DNA of 64,000 nt. Origin: Callorhinchus milii (taxonomy: Eukaryota). This document shows, piece by piece, positions 1-12,379 of this stretch (position 1 is the stretch's first letter; each line of letters begins with the position of its first letter). The notes below the pieces were generated by a model. That model made no database searches. It worked only from the letters and a program-made list of their open reading frames with translations, and was not told where the DNA came from. The position numbers and the translations under genes were made by a program. Where the stretch lies: the NCBI RefSeq assembly GCF_018977255.1, contig NW_024704742.1, forward strand, positions 44,952,001 to 45,016,000, in the 5' to 3' direction.

Positions 1-370
1 GGATATTACTTAACTGTTGTTCTGCACTTTCCTCTCAGCCTGTATGGTTGGAATATAAACAGCTTCCTTCATTATTGCCCAAGGGAGCTCCATGATGCTC
101 TATCATTACAGAAGTATTGACTTTCTGTCTGGATACTTATGAACGGTGGATGGTTGCACTGCCTTTCCTGGCCACTGTAACACTGCTTGGTCATACCTCA
201 GAGTGTCCAGACAGCCTTGCATATCACTTGCAGAGCCTTTGGTTGGAAAAATATGCAGGAAAATTATCTTACAATCATCTTCAACTACTGTTCACAAAAC
301 GAAATGTTTTATCCAAAGTCTAATAATCAAACTGCTTACTGTTCTATTTCTCAGGTATTTTATTGATAAT

Positions 371-771
371 AAAAATAATCCTTGCATTTGGTACAGTGTT
401 GCCTTATTACATATTCACAACATCTCAAAGTGCTTTGCAGTATTTACTGTAGAATGTATTGTCTGCATATCTGTAGGCAACATGGCAACCAATTTGTGCA
501 CAACAATGTCCCCCAAACAGCAATAAAGCTGATGATTATTATTTGAGAGATTGTTGGCCAAAACACTAGGAGAAACACCCTTCTTCCTTCTTTTATGCCC
601 ACCTGAATAAATGAACAAACAGATGGAACCTCAGTTTAATGTCTTATTTGCTGGATGCTCCCCCAGGAGTGCACGGGAGTGTCAGCCTAGATTATGTGAG
701 TTGAAAATCCCTATGTGGGACATGAACCCACACCTCCTAACTCAAAAGCAAGAGTGATACCAACTGAGCTA
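371..771 (-). mobile_element. Old Deu-domain tRNA-SINE (SacSINE1/AmnSINE1-like), near full length, diverged
   Basis: Reverse strand shows tRNA-like head (agctcagttgg...gggttcatgtccc), Deu-like body (ttgttgtgcacaaattggttgcc) and tail tgcaaggattatt. Confidence 0.85.
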
Positions 772-981
772 TGCTGAAAATCTGTTTTGTGACAAGGCAC
801 GTTGCTCAATTGTTAATAGATGCAATTTGGCCAAGTAGCCATTTTCTGTCTTCAACTGGTAGATATATTGCATTCAGTCTTTACGTAAAATTGAAGATCA
901 CACAGAATTGTGGACAATTCTTCAATTTAATCTTAAATTGGAAACTGGTTCATTTTAAGCCCTGTGGTTCAAATTGATCTT

Positions 982-1557
982 ACAACAACCACAAAATTAT
1001 ATTTATAGAGCGCCTTTCACGTCAGGAGGACGTCCCAAAACGCTGGACAGTCAGGGGTCGGGATCCGAGCATGGGGTTGAGGTGAGGGAAGGCAGAGAGG
1101 TGGAAGGGTGACCGAAGACACGATCGAAGAGAAGAGTCTTGAGACCAGTCTTGAAGGAGGCAAGGGAGGAGGCGAGGTGAAGGGACTGTGGGATGGAGTT
1201 CCAGAGTGTGGGGGCAGGAAGGCTGAAAGCCCGGCCACTGATGGTAGGGCGGGTCGAGTGGGAGACTTGGAGCAGGCCGGAGCCCACTAAATGGAGGGAG
1301 TGGGCAGGTTGGTAGGGAGTCAGCAGGTCAGAGAGATAGGAGGGGGCGAGGCCATGGATGGCCTTGAAAGTAAGGATGAGGATCTTGAATTCGATCCTCT
1401 GAGTGGGAGGAGAGGAAAGAGTGAAGCTGGACAGGAAAGGGAGGTTTGAGATGGTCCGGTAGCTGGATAGCTGTGATGGGTCAAGAGAAGGTTTCTTCAA
1501 GGTGGGGGTGATAGTGGCTGTTTTGAGCGGAATAGGAACAGTGCCAGATGACAGGGA
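982..1557 (-). mobile_element. L2-clade LINE fragment, internally deleted (pre-RT segment fused to ORF2 C-terminus, 3' UTR and tail)
   Basis: ORF 1051..1500 has KKPSLDP..YRTISNLPFLS followed almost directly by QRIEFKILILTFKAIHGLAPSYLSDLL; L2 tail gggacgtcctcctgacgtgaaaggcgc and TTG-type end. Confidence 0.92.
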
Positions 1558-2547
1558 GGAACAGTGCCAGATTACAGTGCCAGATGATCTTAAATTTGAA
1601 GACTAAAGGGTTCTACAAACTAATTCAGGCCTTTGGCTATTGCTCTGATTAACAGCACCATAATTTGAATCGCAGATGTTTTTCCTGGATTTGGATGTTT
1701 ACTGGTCTTACTGTATGTGAATGAAAGTAGTTGGGGACAGAGGGATTCTTCAATTTCCAAACCATAATATAAGATTGCATGATCCAGAGTGGCCATTTGT
1801 CAACGCTTCTGCATCATGATGTCATTAATTACGAGACTGTCATGGTCTCAGCAAAAGCTGGTTGGTTCCATCAGCTAACAACGTGCTTCAAATAATGTAG
1901 TGCACTTCAAACTATATCATCTTGTTTCAAATGCCATTGTGGTGCTGGTATAGCTTGAAACCCGGCAACGGGATTTCATCAACATTTGAAATGCTGCCAA
2001 GAACTTGAATGGCACAGTGTTGTGAATTTAGATAGGAAAATGGCGGAGTCTGCAATCCAATCACATTATACATCAACCTGTGTTACAGAAGGGATCTGCT
2101 ATAGTGACCGTGCTAATCAGGATAAGATACACATCATTGTTAACCTGGAAATTTGTGCATTTACCACTAATGTGTCTCCTAAGTGGAAATAGGTAGCAGT
2201 TAAAGGTTTTATTATGTTAGAGTGTGCTATTTCCATCCTAATGATTAGCTACATCTTTTATGGTGCTGAAGGTAACTCTGTCACTCCCACAGCACTTCAA
2301 AATGCTGTTTCAGAAACAAAATTTAGATTTAGTATTCATTAATTACTATTGATCAAATAAGTTTTTTGATGCATAAACCATACATCTAGAGTTGTTCAGA
2401 GTTGGATCAGATGCTGTATCAAAAAGGGTCAACATCAGAGCAACTGGATTGGAACCAATGGTGTTTTGCACAATGCGAACACCATCAGGTTTGAGCATGA
2501 GTAACACAATAAGATCATCAGAAATCTATTTTCTTTCTCTCTTTTAA

Positions 2548-2720
2548 TGATAATTCCTATATTTAATGGAGCGCTATACAATATCAAAACATCTCAATGT
2601 TTTTCAGTTTTCTGTAAAGTGTAATGACTACAGGCAAATGTGGCAGTCAATTTGTGCACAGCAGTGTGCCACAAACAGACATGAAGTGAATGACCATTTT
2701 TTTATGAGGATTATTGACTA
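2548..2720 (-). mobile_element. Degenerate Deu-SINE 3' fragment
   Basis: ggcagtcaatttgtgcacagcagtgtgccacaaacag matches the Deu segment of other copies. Confidence 0.7.
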
Positions 2721-3177
2721 TCATATTAAAATAACAGTTAAGGAATTGAGGGGAGGGAAAAGGCAGGCAGCACACTCGCCTGTTATTCAGGTGCAACTCC
2801 TGCCTCATCCATCGTTACTTGAATAACGGAGATTACAAATATAAATTATACAATGATGTCAGAAGTTTATGCATGCGTTATGCAATCGTCAATAGCAAGT
2901 GTGGAGGCAATATAAAGTGACAGTGCTTAGTAATGCGGCACTGCCTCCAATTTGGCACTGCCTTTCAGCCTCAGCCACCAAAATATAAAAGCAGAATTAG
3001 TTATTTTGATGCTTTATTCCTTTACGCAGCATGGAAACACTTCACTTCTAATATCAGATTTGCTTTCCATGACAAGAATGAAAAATTACGTTGTCCATCA
3101 TTTAGAACCCATTAAGCAATATTACAAAACCAAATTTAACTTCATCAAATTACACTTGCAGTGTGAACATTAAATGT

Positions 3178-3559
3178 GTCAGCCTGCTTTTGTTGGTAGC
3201 GCTCTTGACTCTAAGTCAGAAGATTGTGAGTTTGAAAAACAATAACAACACTGTGTTTGCTGCACGATTCAGATGAAAAGTTAAATCTAGGTCCCCTCTG
3301 CCTGTCCATGTTAAAGATCCCATGGCACTATTCAAAAAANGAGAAGGGAGTTTCTACTGATATCACTGCCAACAATCTCCCAAATAAAATTGGTCACTTA
3401 TTCCATAGCCAGGACATTGCTGTGTGCAAATTCCTGCCACAATAGCCCATAAAATACAGTCACACTTTACATATTTCCTGTGAAGTGCTTTGAGACGCCT
3501 TGACAACATGATAAGGTGCTGTATAAAATGCAATGATTATCATTATTACTATCATTATT
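3178..3559 (+). mobile_element. Old Deu-domain tRNA-SINE
   Basis: ttggtagcgctcttgactctaagtcagaag head; aaagatcccatggcactatt body; gtgctttgagacg...aaatgcaatgattat tail. Confidence 0.85.
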
Positions 3560-5077
3560 AAATGCAATGCATATTTGATTACAGATAAGTCCAAGCAGCT
3601 CACTCATGACTGCACCATGATGCAGTGCTGCTCATGTATATCAACATGTTTTTTTTCATTGCACTGCACAGCATGGAGAACTGTTCATTTTCTATGGGGC
3701 AATAGGGTAAAACGTAGCAAGGAAATCTGAAAGAGTGTTCATATCTGGAAAGAGGCTGGTTGAATAACCTTAGATTTCATCAAACTAGTGCTAGGATTAT
3801 GTGATGGATTAATCACTGGCTGGCGTGACACTTGGATTTTAGAGGCCAATTCTTGAATCCTTCCTTACTAGGTGCCGATGAGAGAGGGCAAAGAATTAAG
3901 GCAATTGCAAGTACTTCCTAGAAGGCACTTACCCCATTTTGGATTTTGAAGAGCGAGAAATTCTTGAAGGAAGAATGAAAATCTTTGCATTTTATCACCT
4001 ATGATTTTTTCTTTTTAGTTTTCTCAGAAAAGATTTTGTTCAAGTTTAATAATATTTGTTTACTGATGATATTTCAGTGAGAGCAAAGATGACTTGAGAG
4101 ATTAGGTACAGCTTTGTTTTGTTCAATATGTTAGGGGTGAAGTGGTATGAAGGGCCTTTTTCTTTTTTTAAAAGAAACTTTCCTTTCATTTGTGCAAAGT
4201 TCTTTATCAATTCATTCTGTTTCTTTGCACTAAACAAACAAGACACAAAATCAATTTTGAAGAAATAAAACCGAATTGTGGACAACACAGCAGAAAGTGA
4301 GGGAAGCTTATAATATCATTCCTACCCCTAACACACTGGACAAAACAAGAGTGATGACAAACAGAAGCATATTTTGTATTGTTCAAATAGAAATATTGGA
4401 ATGTGCAAGATAAGAAAGATTATAGTTCATCAGCTGGACCGATTTTCAGAATGCCATTTACATTTTATATACCTCCAAATCAACTTGCCCATCAGCAATC
4501 TACAGGAATTTAGGTTCTTATATAGGAACATAGGACCTCATAAAGCTTTTTTTGTCTAAATTAGCACAAGAAACACTTTAAGGAATCCTACAAATATATT
4601 AGCGTTGGTTGAATAGTACTAACCTTGTTAATTAAGGTCTTACCTACTCACATCTTACTTCCACTATATCTCACTTCTTTTGGTCAGCTAATCACATCCC
4701 AATAAAAGAAAGATGAAGAAATGTGTTTGATGTGGTCAGTTTCCTTAAGGAGACTGTAACTTCATATTAGGAGTTTTAACTTGGGGAAATACCATCTATA
4801 TCTCACATTCATCCAAATTCCCATCAGGACCCTCCACAAAAAAAATGGAATCTGTATTTAAAAACAGGGACAACATTTGTGGTATTCAAGAAAATATTTC
4901 TTGTCTTAATAATTATAATAATTCTTGCATTTGAAGAATTATTTATTGCGCCTTATCACATCATATTTAGCACAAGGAACTAACTCCTAAGGCAACACCA
5001 CAGCATTTGCCCCATAGAACATTCATAGGAATATTCAGAGCATCTGAAGAATTCAGAACAGAATGCCTTAAAATAAA

Positions 5078-5183
5078 AATAATAATCTTTGCATTTGATA
5101 TCACACCTTATCACGTTGTTGAGTCGTCTCAAAGCGCCTTACAAAATATACTGTACAGTGAATTGACTGTATATTTTGTGGGC
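5078..5183 (-). mobile_element. 5'-truncated SINE 3' tail
   Basis: aataatctttgcatttgatatcacaccttatcacgttgttgag...gtgaattgactgtatattttgtgggc matches the SINE tail. Confidence 0.85.
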
Positions 5184-6311
5184 AGAATTTCTTATCAATA
5201 AATAAGCAAGCAATATATATTGTTTTAAAAGTCATAAAACCCTAACCAAAATTCTGCTGCTGAGCTATCTGCTTGTTAATATTAATATTTGTCAACTGAG
5301 CAAGAAATAAAATTTCACTAAATATCTTCAGAAATATTGGGATAAATTGTGTTGTATTTCTCAATAGAACTAAATTATCCCATCACCAAGCAACTCTTCT
5401 CTGAAAATTAATTGCATTGGAATAGTGCTGTGAATCAGCAGTGATAGATTAGGTTTCAAAAGCTATTGGTCAATTCATAGTTATAGAGAATGCATTTGGG
5501 GCAAAAACATTTTAACAAAGACAGCCATATGGAGGACAGGAATAATAGAGTGGGAAGATGGGTGGGGCTGTTATCTACAGTAGTTACCACTGACCCACGA
5601 TGAGATATTATCATTGGTGAGAAATTATCGCATATAAAATTTTTCACGCGGTATAAATGATACCAAAATTGTATAAAGCATGTGAAATGTGATGCCCGAA
5701 AATCTATATTTATTATTCACTGCCCAATTTTATGTCTTTTTTGATTTTGATTACCAAATATTAACTTAAGTTATTTTGTAACCTTACTAAAAACTTCCTG
5801 AGATTATTTGCACAATCCAAGGACAATTGTTCAGACATTGAATGCTCACAGCTATAAATCAATAATCCATGTCCCTTCCCATTGGTAAAAAAATTAAATC
5901 AAGACACCATTGTTGTGTCTGTAAAAAAGAAAACAACAAAGGATTTGAAGGAAGAGGAGAGGAATAATCAGATGGTCTGGAACGTCAAACATCTGCAAGG
6001 CACAATAAAATTAGCTTCAGTGCTTTTTTGTAGAATAATTGGTCAAGCATAAAGCATTTGACTTGATGGAATATTTCTCTATTAACTGATTCAGTAAAAC
6101 TGACAATTCCTCCATCCGAATATGTAGGTTAAGTAGACTCCTTTTGATGATGAATTGAGGCCAAGGAAGGATTGCTGGGGGAAAAAAAGCAGATAGGTCT
6201 GCAGTAATCCAATGCAATGTCAATGGCTGGCAAACCTATCTGGGTCATCGATGAAACTTAGAGGTGTACCACTACTGTGCAGCGCTCCGAGACACTGTCC
6301 TGTGTGAAATG

Positions 6312-8760
6312 CACAACAACAACAACAAGATTACATTTGTATAGTACCTTTCACAACGGGAGGACGTCCAAGGAGCTGGACAGAGTGCAGCATTTCAGAC
6401 CTGAGCTGGGGTCGGGGGGGAGAAGCGAGGGGAGGGGAAGAGGGGTGGCCGATGGCATGGTCGAAGAGGAGGGGGGACTTGAAGGAGGCTAAGGAGGGGG
6501 AGAGGGAGAGTAATTGGGGGATAAAATTCCAGAGGTTGGGGGCAGAGTGGCTGAAGGCTCTCCTGCCAATGGTGAGGCAGGTGGGTCGGGGGACGAGGAG
6601 CAGACCAGAGCTGGCTGAGCAGAGGGAGCGTGCGAGTTGGTAGGGGGTTAGGAGGTCGCAGAGGTAGGGTGGGGTGAGGCCATGGATGGCTTTGTAGGTG
6701 AGGACCAGGATCTTGAACTGGATCCTCTGCAGGATAGGGAGCCAATGGAGTTGAGCGAGAATGGGGGAGATGGGGTCACGGAGTTTGGTGCGGGAGAGGA
6801 CATGGACTGCAGAGTTCTGGATTATCTGCAGCCTGTGGAGGAAGGAGTTGGGAAGGCTGACAAGCAGGGAGTTTGCATAGTCGAGCCTGGAGGTGATGAA
6901 GGCATGAACAAGAGTTTCAGCGGCCTGAGGGGAGAGGTAGTGGCGGAGTCGGGTGATGTTACGGAGGTGAGGGAAGGCAGAGCGGGTCATGGCTTGGATG
7001 TGGGGAAGAAAAGACAGTTGAGGGTCGAACAAGACACCTTGGTTCCTGACTGGCTTGGTGAGTTGAAATGTGCAACCATGGAGGTTGATGCTGCCAGAGC
7101 CTGAGATGCAGAGGCATTGGCGCGAGCCATCAGGAGGGCCTCAGTCTTGTTCGCATTCAACTGTAGAAAATTTGCCCTCATCCAGGACTTGATGTCCGAC
7201 AGGCAGTCTGTCAGGACAGCAGTGGTCCTGGAGTTGAGGGTGGAGGCAGAAAGATAGAGTTGGGTGTCATCCTCATACATATGGAAGTTGACTCCATGTC
7301 TGCGGATGATGTCACGAAGGGGGAGCATGTAGATATTAAAGAGGAGAGGGCCAAGGACAGAGCCCTGGGGGACATCAGACGTGACTGTGCGGGGGCTGGA
7401 GGAGAAACCGTTAGAGGCACCAAAGTGAAGATGGTAAGAGAGATAGGAATCGAACCAGGCAAGGGCAGGTCCATGAAGATAAAGTAAAGTGGAGAGGCGG
7501 TGTATGAGGATAGAGTGGTCGACAGTGTTGAAGGTGGCAGAGAGGTTGAGGGGGACAACGAGGCAGAGGGAACCCTGATCACAGATGTTCAGGATGTCAT
7601 TAGTGACTTTAACCAGGGCTGTTTCTGTGTTGTGGTAGCACGGAAGTCGGATTGGAGGGATTCAAAGAAGGAATGGCGAGAAAGAAAGGAGCAGAGCTGG
7701 GGTTCGACGATTCATTCCAGGACCTTGGAGAGGAATGGGAGGTTAGAGATGGGGCAGTAGCTGGAGAGGTGGGATGGGTCCAGGGAAGGTTTTTTCAAGA
7801 TGTGGGTGATGACAGCTGTTTTTATGGGGGTGGGTACTGAACTGGTGGACAAGGAGAGGTTGATGATGTCGGACAGGAAAGGGGCCTAAAGGTGGAGCTG
7901 GGAGATGAGTAGAGAGGCAGGGATGGGATTGAGGAAGCAGATGGTGGGTTTGAGTTTGCGAACAGTCACGGTGAGGGAGGAAGGATAGATAGGGTCGAAG
8001 GAGTATAGTGGTGATGGCTTGGGTCATGAGGGTGAGGTGATGTGTGGGTGGCTCTGGACAGGGCAGAGGTGGCTGAACGCATCCCCTCAATTTTGGATTT
8101 GAGGAAGTCCAGCATCTCCTCACAGTTGGAGGTTGAGGAGAGGATGGGTGAGGCATGGGAAGGTGGACGGAGGAGATGGTTTGTGGTGGAAAAGAGAAGC
8201 CTGGGCTTGTCCTTTGCCTCCAAGATAACCTTAGAGTAGAAGGAGGATTTGGCAGAGGCAAGAGCACCGTGACTTGGTGGGGTGAAGCCAAATCTGCCGA
8301 TGGACCGTTAGTTTGGATTTAGTCCAGGCGCGTTTGGCAGCTCGCACTTGTGCCTTGAGGGAATGGAGATGGCTGATGTACCAAGGGGATTTATGGGAGT
8401 ATGAGGCAGTTCAGGAAGTGAAGGGGGCAAGGGAGTCCAGAATGGAGGAGAGGGAGTTGTGGAGAAAAGAGAGTGAGGAGGGGAGATCGGTCAGTGAGGG
8501 CCAGAGGTGTAGGAGTTCAGATGACTACAAGGCAGTGGAGAGGGAGAGGGACGATATGTGATGGTGGAGGGTTGAGAAAGGGGAACGGCTACGGAGGTGT
8601 TGAGAGAGATGAAATGGTGGTCCGAGGTGGCTTTATCAATGATGTTGATGTCCGAGACGGTGAAGCCCTGGGTGATCACCAGGTCAAGGGGGTGGCCACG
8701 GTTATGGGTGGGGAATGGATGAGGAGGGAGAAGTTAAGGGAAGAGAGGATGGAGGAGAAG
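6312..8760 (-). pseudogene. L2-clade LINE, about 2.4 kb 5'-truncated copy with frameshifted ORF2 (end of APE endonuclease, RT, C-terminus) and tail
   Basis: ORF pieces ITQG..SDHH (APE end), DKPRLLFSTTNHLL, HMYEDDTQLY (RT YADD-like), ETLVHAFITSRLDYANSLL, LHWLPILQRIQFKIL; (CAA)n at 6312-6328. Confidence 0.95.
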
Positions 8761-8785
8761 TCGTGCAACACAATAAAAGTTGTCG

Positions 8786-8850
8786 TTGGAAGCGCTCTGA
8801 GATGCTAACCTCCGTGAGGGGCGCTAATAAATGGAAGTTGTTGTTGTTGT
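8786..8850 (+). mobile_element. L2-type 3' tail fragment
   Basis: gcgctctgagatgctaacctccgtgaggggcgctaataaatggaagttgttgttgttg. Confidence 0.75.
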
Positions 8851-9559
8851 ACACATGCCTTCAGCTATGTGAGCCTAAAACACTAGGAAATAGAGGGACA
8901 CTAATGGGAAAGTACCAAGCCACTGACTCTGTGGTGGTAAACTTCATGGTTAATGTTAGCTTTATATATTCCAATGGTAAATTGAAAAAACTGTGTCTGC
9001 ACCTCACAGGCCTGGACTGCCTTCTCTGGAACTTCAACTCAGACTTGCCAGAGCTTAAACAGCAAAATGCTTAACAACACTTTTGTATTTTGACTCCTCA
9101 GGCCTGAGTAGCAGAATAGATCTGCCAAAGGTAATTTACATTCATAACCATTAACAACTGTCAAAGGTATTATTTAGTCTAGTCATCTATCATTGGATTC
9201 CATTGTGTTGTGATGTGATGGACAGGAGTCTACAGTGTTTGCTCATTTTATCATCTAGGCTTCTAAATTAGATTCCAGCTTTCAGAAAAATCCTCAAGTG
9301 CTTTTAAAATAATTACATTAAACAGACTCTGAAGCTAATTCATTAGAGTTAGTATCTCTAAAACATTCTTGACTGATTTAGTACGATGATGAACAACAGC
9401 AACCTTAGCACCATGGACACTAATAATAATAATGATGAAGAGAAACAGAAGAATCTTGAGGGAAAAAACATAGCATTAAACTCTTAGTCTGCACTTTCCT
9501 CCCAGTGGTGTTTAGGCCTTCTTCGCCAGGCTTCCTACATAAGCACAATAATTTTCTAC

Positions 9560-9745
9560 TGCCAGCAACAAACCTAATATTTGTTTTTACCAGCCATTCA
9601 GACCACCTAACATGTGCTATTCTCTTCTGCCTCATGTATGCATCAAGTTTCTTCAATATATTAATGCGTTCTGTTCAAACCATGGCATTTGGCAGCGGGT
9701 GCACATTCTCACCAACTGCTTTGCAAAGACGTTCCTCCTAAACTC
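9560..9745 (-). mobile_element. CR1-clade LINE 3' remnant
   Basis: Minus-strand KKLDAYM (CR1 ORF2 C-terminal FKxxLDxxM-like) followed by CR1-like 3' UTR. Confidence 0.65.
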
Positions 9746-9840
9746 TGGTTTAAATCTGCTTTTGATTACAGCTTAGCTTCAACTTCACACATGAACAATC
9801 TTCTAACTGATTTGGAAACAATGGGATGAATTTAACAACA

Positions 9841-10230
9841 ACTATCCTCCTTGAAGGGGAGGTAAGTAGGATCTTCTTGGAACTGAACTGGCTCCAAGAT
9901 GACATGCCTGCCAATGGAATATTGGAATCGAGTCAGCCCTCTGTGTTGGTCTCAGTAGTCCGGTTCCTGAGCCAGGCAGGTCCACAGTAATCCAGGGCAC
10001 TGCTGATGACAGCATAAGCTCACTGTCAGGACCTGAAAGGATAGACCACTGGTGATGGAGTCATCCAACTCAGCTCCTGTTAATCTTACAAGCCAAAGCC
10101 GTAACGGATAGGGTGGTCCTAGCTGGACAGCAATATCAATTACAAGCTGTGCTCCTTTAGCTGGTTAGACTCACCCAACACACACTCTGGGGTCCCCATG
10201 CCCTGGCTCTTGTCAACCAGTGCCTAACAC
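9841..10230 (+). repeat. Unclassified dispersed repeat (copy 1; right boundary uncertain)
   Basis: ctatcctcc...ctggctccaagatgacatgcctgccaatggaat...ggttcctgagccaggcaggtcc recurs at about 37.6, 46.2 and 63.9 kb. Confidence 0.7.
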
Positions 10231-10973
10231 TTCCCAGAATTAGGTAAGCAGGATGAGTCCCTCCAGGGAGAACTTGCACATTCTATTCCAACAATCTATC
10301 TCTGGGTGCTCCATGTGTAGGTGGGATGCATGTAAATCTCAGCTTGGTTTGGATACTCTTAAGTATAGTAATAAGTGAGTGAAACTACAACAAAATTATA
10401 TTCCAAATATTTTCATGATAAGTATTGTCGGCACTGTAACCTATTTCATTATCAAAAGCAATGCCTCAACAAAACAACAATTTTATGTTCACTTTTTTTC
10501 CTACAACTTTCTCCAGCAGGTCTCAAAGGGTTAAAGAGGAAACTGACTGGACACTTTATTAATCTGCTCTGGGTGAAAATTTATGTGCCTGTAAACAGTG
10601 AAAGAAATCAGACTCTGCTTTGTAAAATTTTCATCAAGGTTAAGTGATCAGCAAAAAGAAGTATGAATGGCTCGCAGTACAGGAGAGATATTACTAATGC
10701 TATTTTAATGTGTTACCAGGGGAGCAAAAAACATTTAGGTGCTACATGGCAAACTGCATCTTGCGCAGGACAACAGAGTCAAATGCTTGTTGATCGATTG
10801 GTCAGCTCTTGATTTGCTATGATTGAACAGTAAAAACGATATCATTTCTCAGAAGTCCTTGTCTCACTCTCTCTCTTTCAGGTCTGTGTAGATAAATGTG
10901 GATCTCTTACTGATCAAAAGTAATAAACCATCCTTCTTTCTGCTGATTAGGAATGATGCCCTTTCTGTTTCAG

Positions 10974-11087
10974 AACAGCTGTTGGATAATAGTCTAGTGC
11001 AACAGTTTATTCCTCTTGAGGGAGAAGCTTTGGAGAATGGGAACAACGGAATCCTTTCTATAAAACAAATATCACTTAGACAAATCA
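10974..11087 (+). CDS. Candidate 114-nt symmetric (phase 1/1) internal exon, product unknown (xQLLDNSLVQQFIPLEGEALENGNNGILSIKQISLRQI)
   Basis: Acceptor ccctttctgtttcag, donor A|gtaagc; the only open frame is the frame-preserving one; no recognised homology. Confidence 0.25.
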
Positions 11088-12379
11088 GTAAGCTCCACTA
11101 TTAATGATATCCATTTATTTGGTGCTTTGTAGAAGGGGTTATAGGATTCACTGTCTCTCTATTTTTGCCCACGCAAATGTCTCTTAAATTGCTACGGAAA
11201 GATTTATTCTATCAATGCATTAGTTGTGCATTTAGTGTGCATCTAAGTCCAAAGTTATGAAGGGATAAAGTTGCCAATGTAGGGATGGAAATGGAAATGT
11301 ATCCTAGGTTGGATACTGATTAGACTGAGAAACAAAAGATAGGAAACAAGATACAGTGGTTCTGAATCTTGTCATTTTCCACGTTTTGTCTATTTTGTGA
11401 AGTGATGGCGGTGGGTGGGTTGGGGTTGGGGGAGGGAAAGATGGGGAATGGGGTGAAAAATGTGATATATGATGTAATATTTATCACTGGCAAAAATGAT
11501 CTCCTGTGTCACATTTTGCACCCCACGTCTTACTGTCTATTTCTATTAAACTCTTCTCTTTTCTCTGTTAATCTAGGTCAAAATGCATTGGATTATCTTT
11601 GTTCCTTTGGTCGCCTCCTGATGAGTTTCTCTCTGTTTCTATTCATATGACTCAGGGTTGTCCGGCTTCCTTTGTTTTCACTCCTTTTCTATTTCCACTC
11701 CTTTCTAATGATAAACTCAGAGGATCTAAAAAAAAACTCTGCTGATTCCCAGTCTTATCTCCCATCAATGTACACAATATCGCACAAAAAGCAAAATAAA
11801 TAACTCAATCCCTACTAGATAAATTACCTCCATGAAAGCAATTTGTCAATCAATAGCTGAGCACTATTCACTGTTAGGGAACTCAATCTTAAATTGAGGT
11901 GCTGCGTGTCCCGGTGGTAACAGAATTTTCCAAATGAACAAAAAGCTCAACACCAACCTTACAGTGACTTCCAGTCCTCTACAATGATACATATGTGTAA
12001 TGCAATGAAAGACTCAAGCCTGATTTATAAATACAATTAAAAAGAACAAGCCACAAAATCAGAGCAGTCCAAGGTTGATCAATCTGCAGTGAGCTGACAG
12101 CTTCCTGAAGCAGAGTTTAAAGAGACGGAAATGCACTAAATGCTGATAAGAAGGAAGGAAATTGATTGTAGGGCAGTACAATAGTTGGAATTGCGTTTAA
12201 TCCATGTTATTCTAAAATTAGGTTTTAATTATTTAATTATTTTTTTAATTCCATACATTATTTGATAGTATACATTATTTGTGCATTTTCCTGGTGGTTT
12301 GATACCATCGTTTTGTTTGTTTTAGCCAGCACTCTTGTTTGTCTATATTTACTCTAATTGAACCTCATTTAAGCAAGTA

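Noticed and set aside
146..526. 126-aa ORF
   Set aside because: Second half is antisense Deu-SINE; no homology recognised
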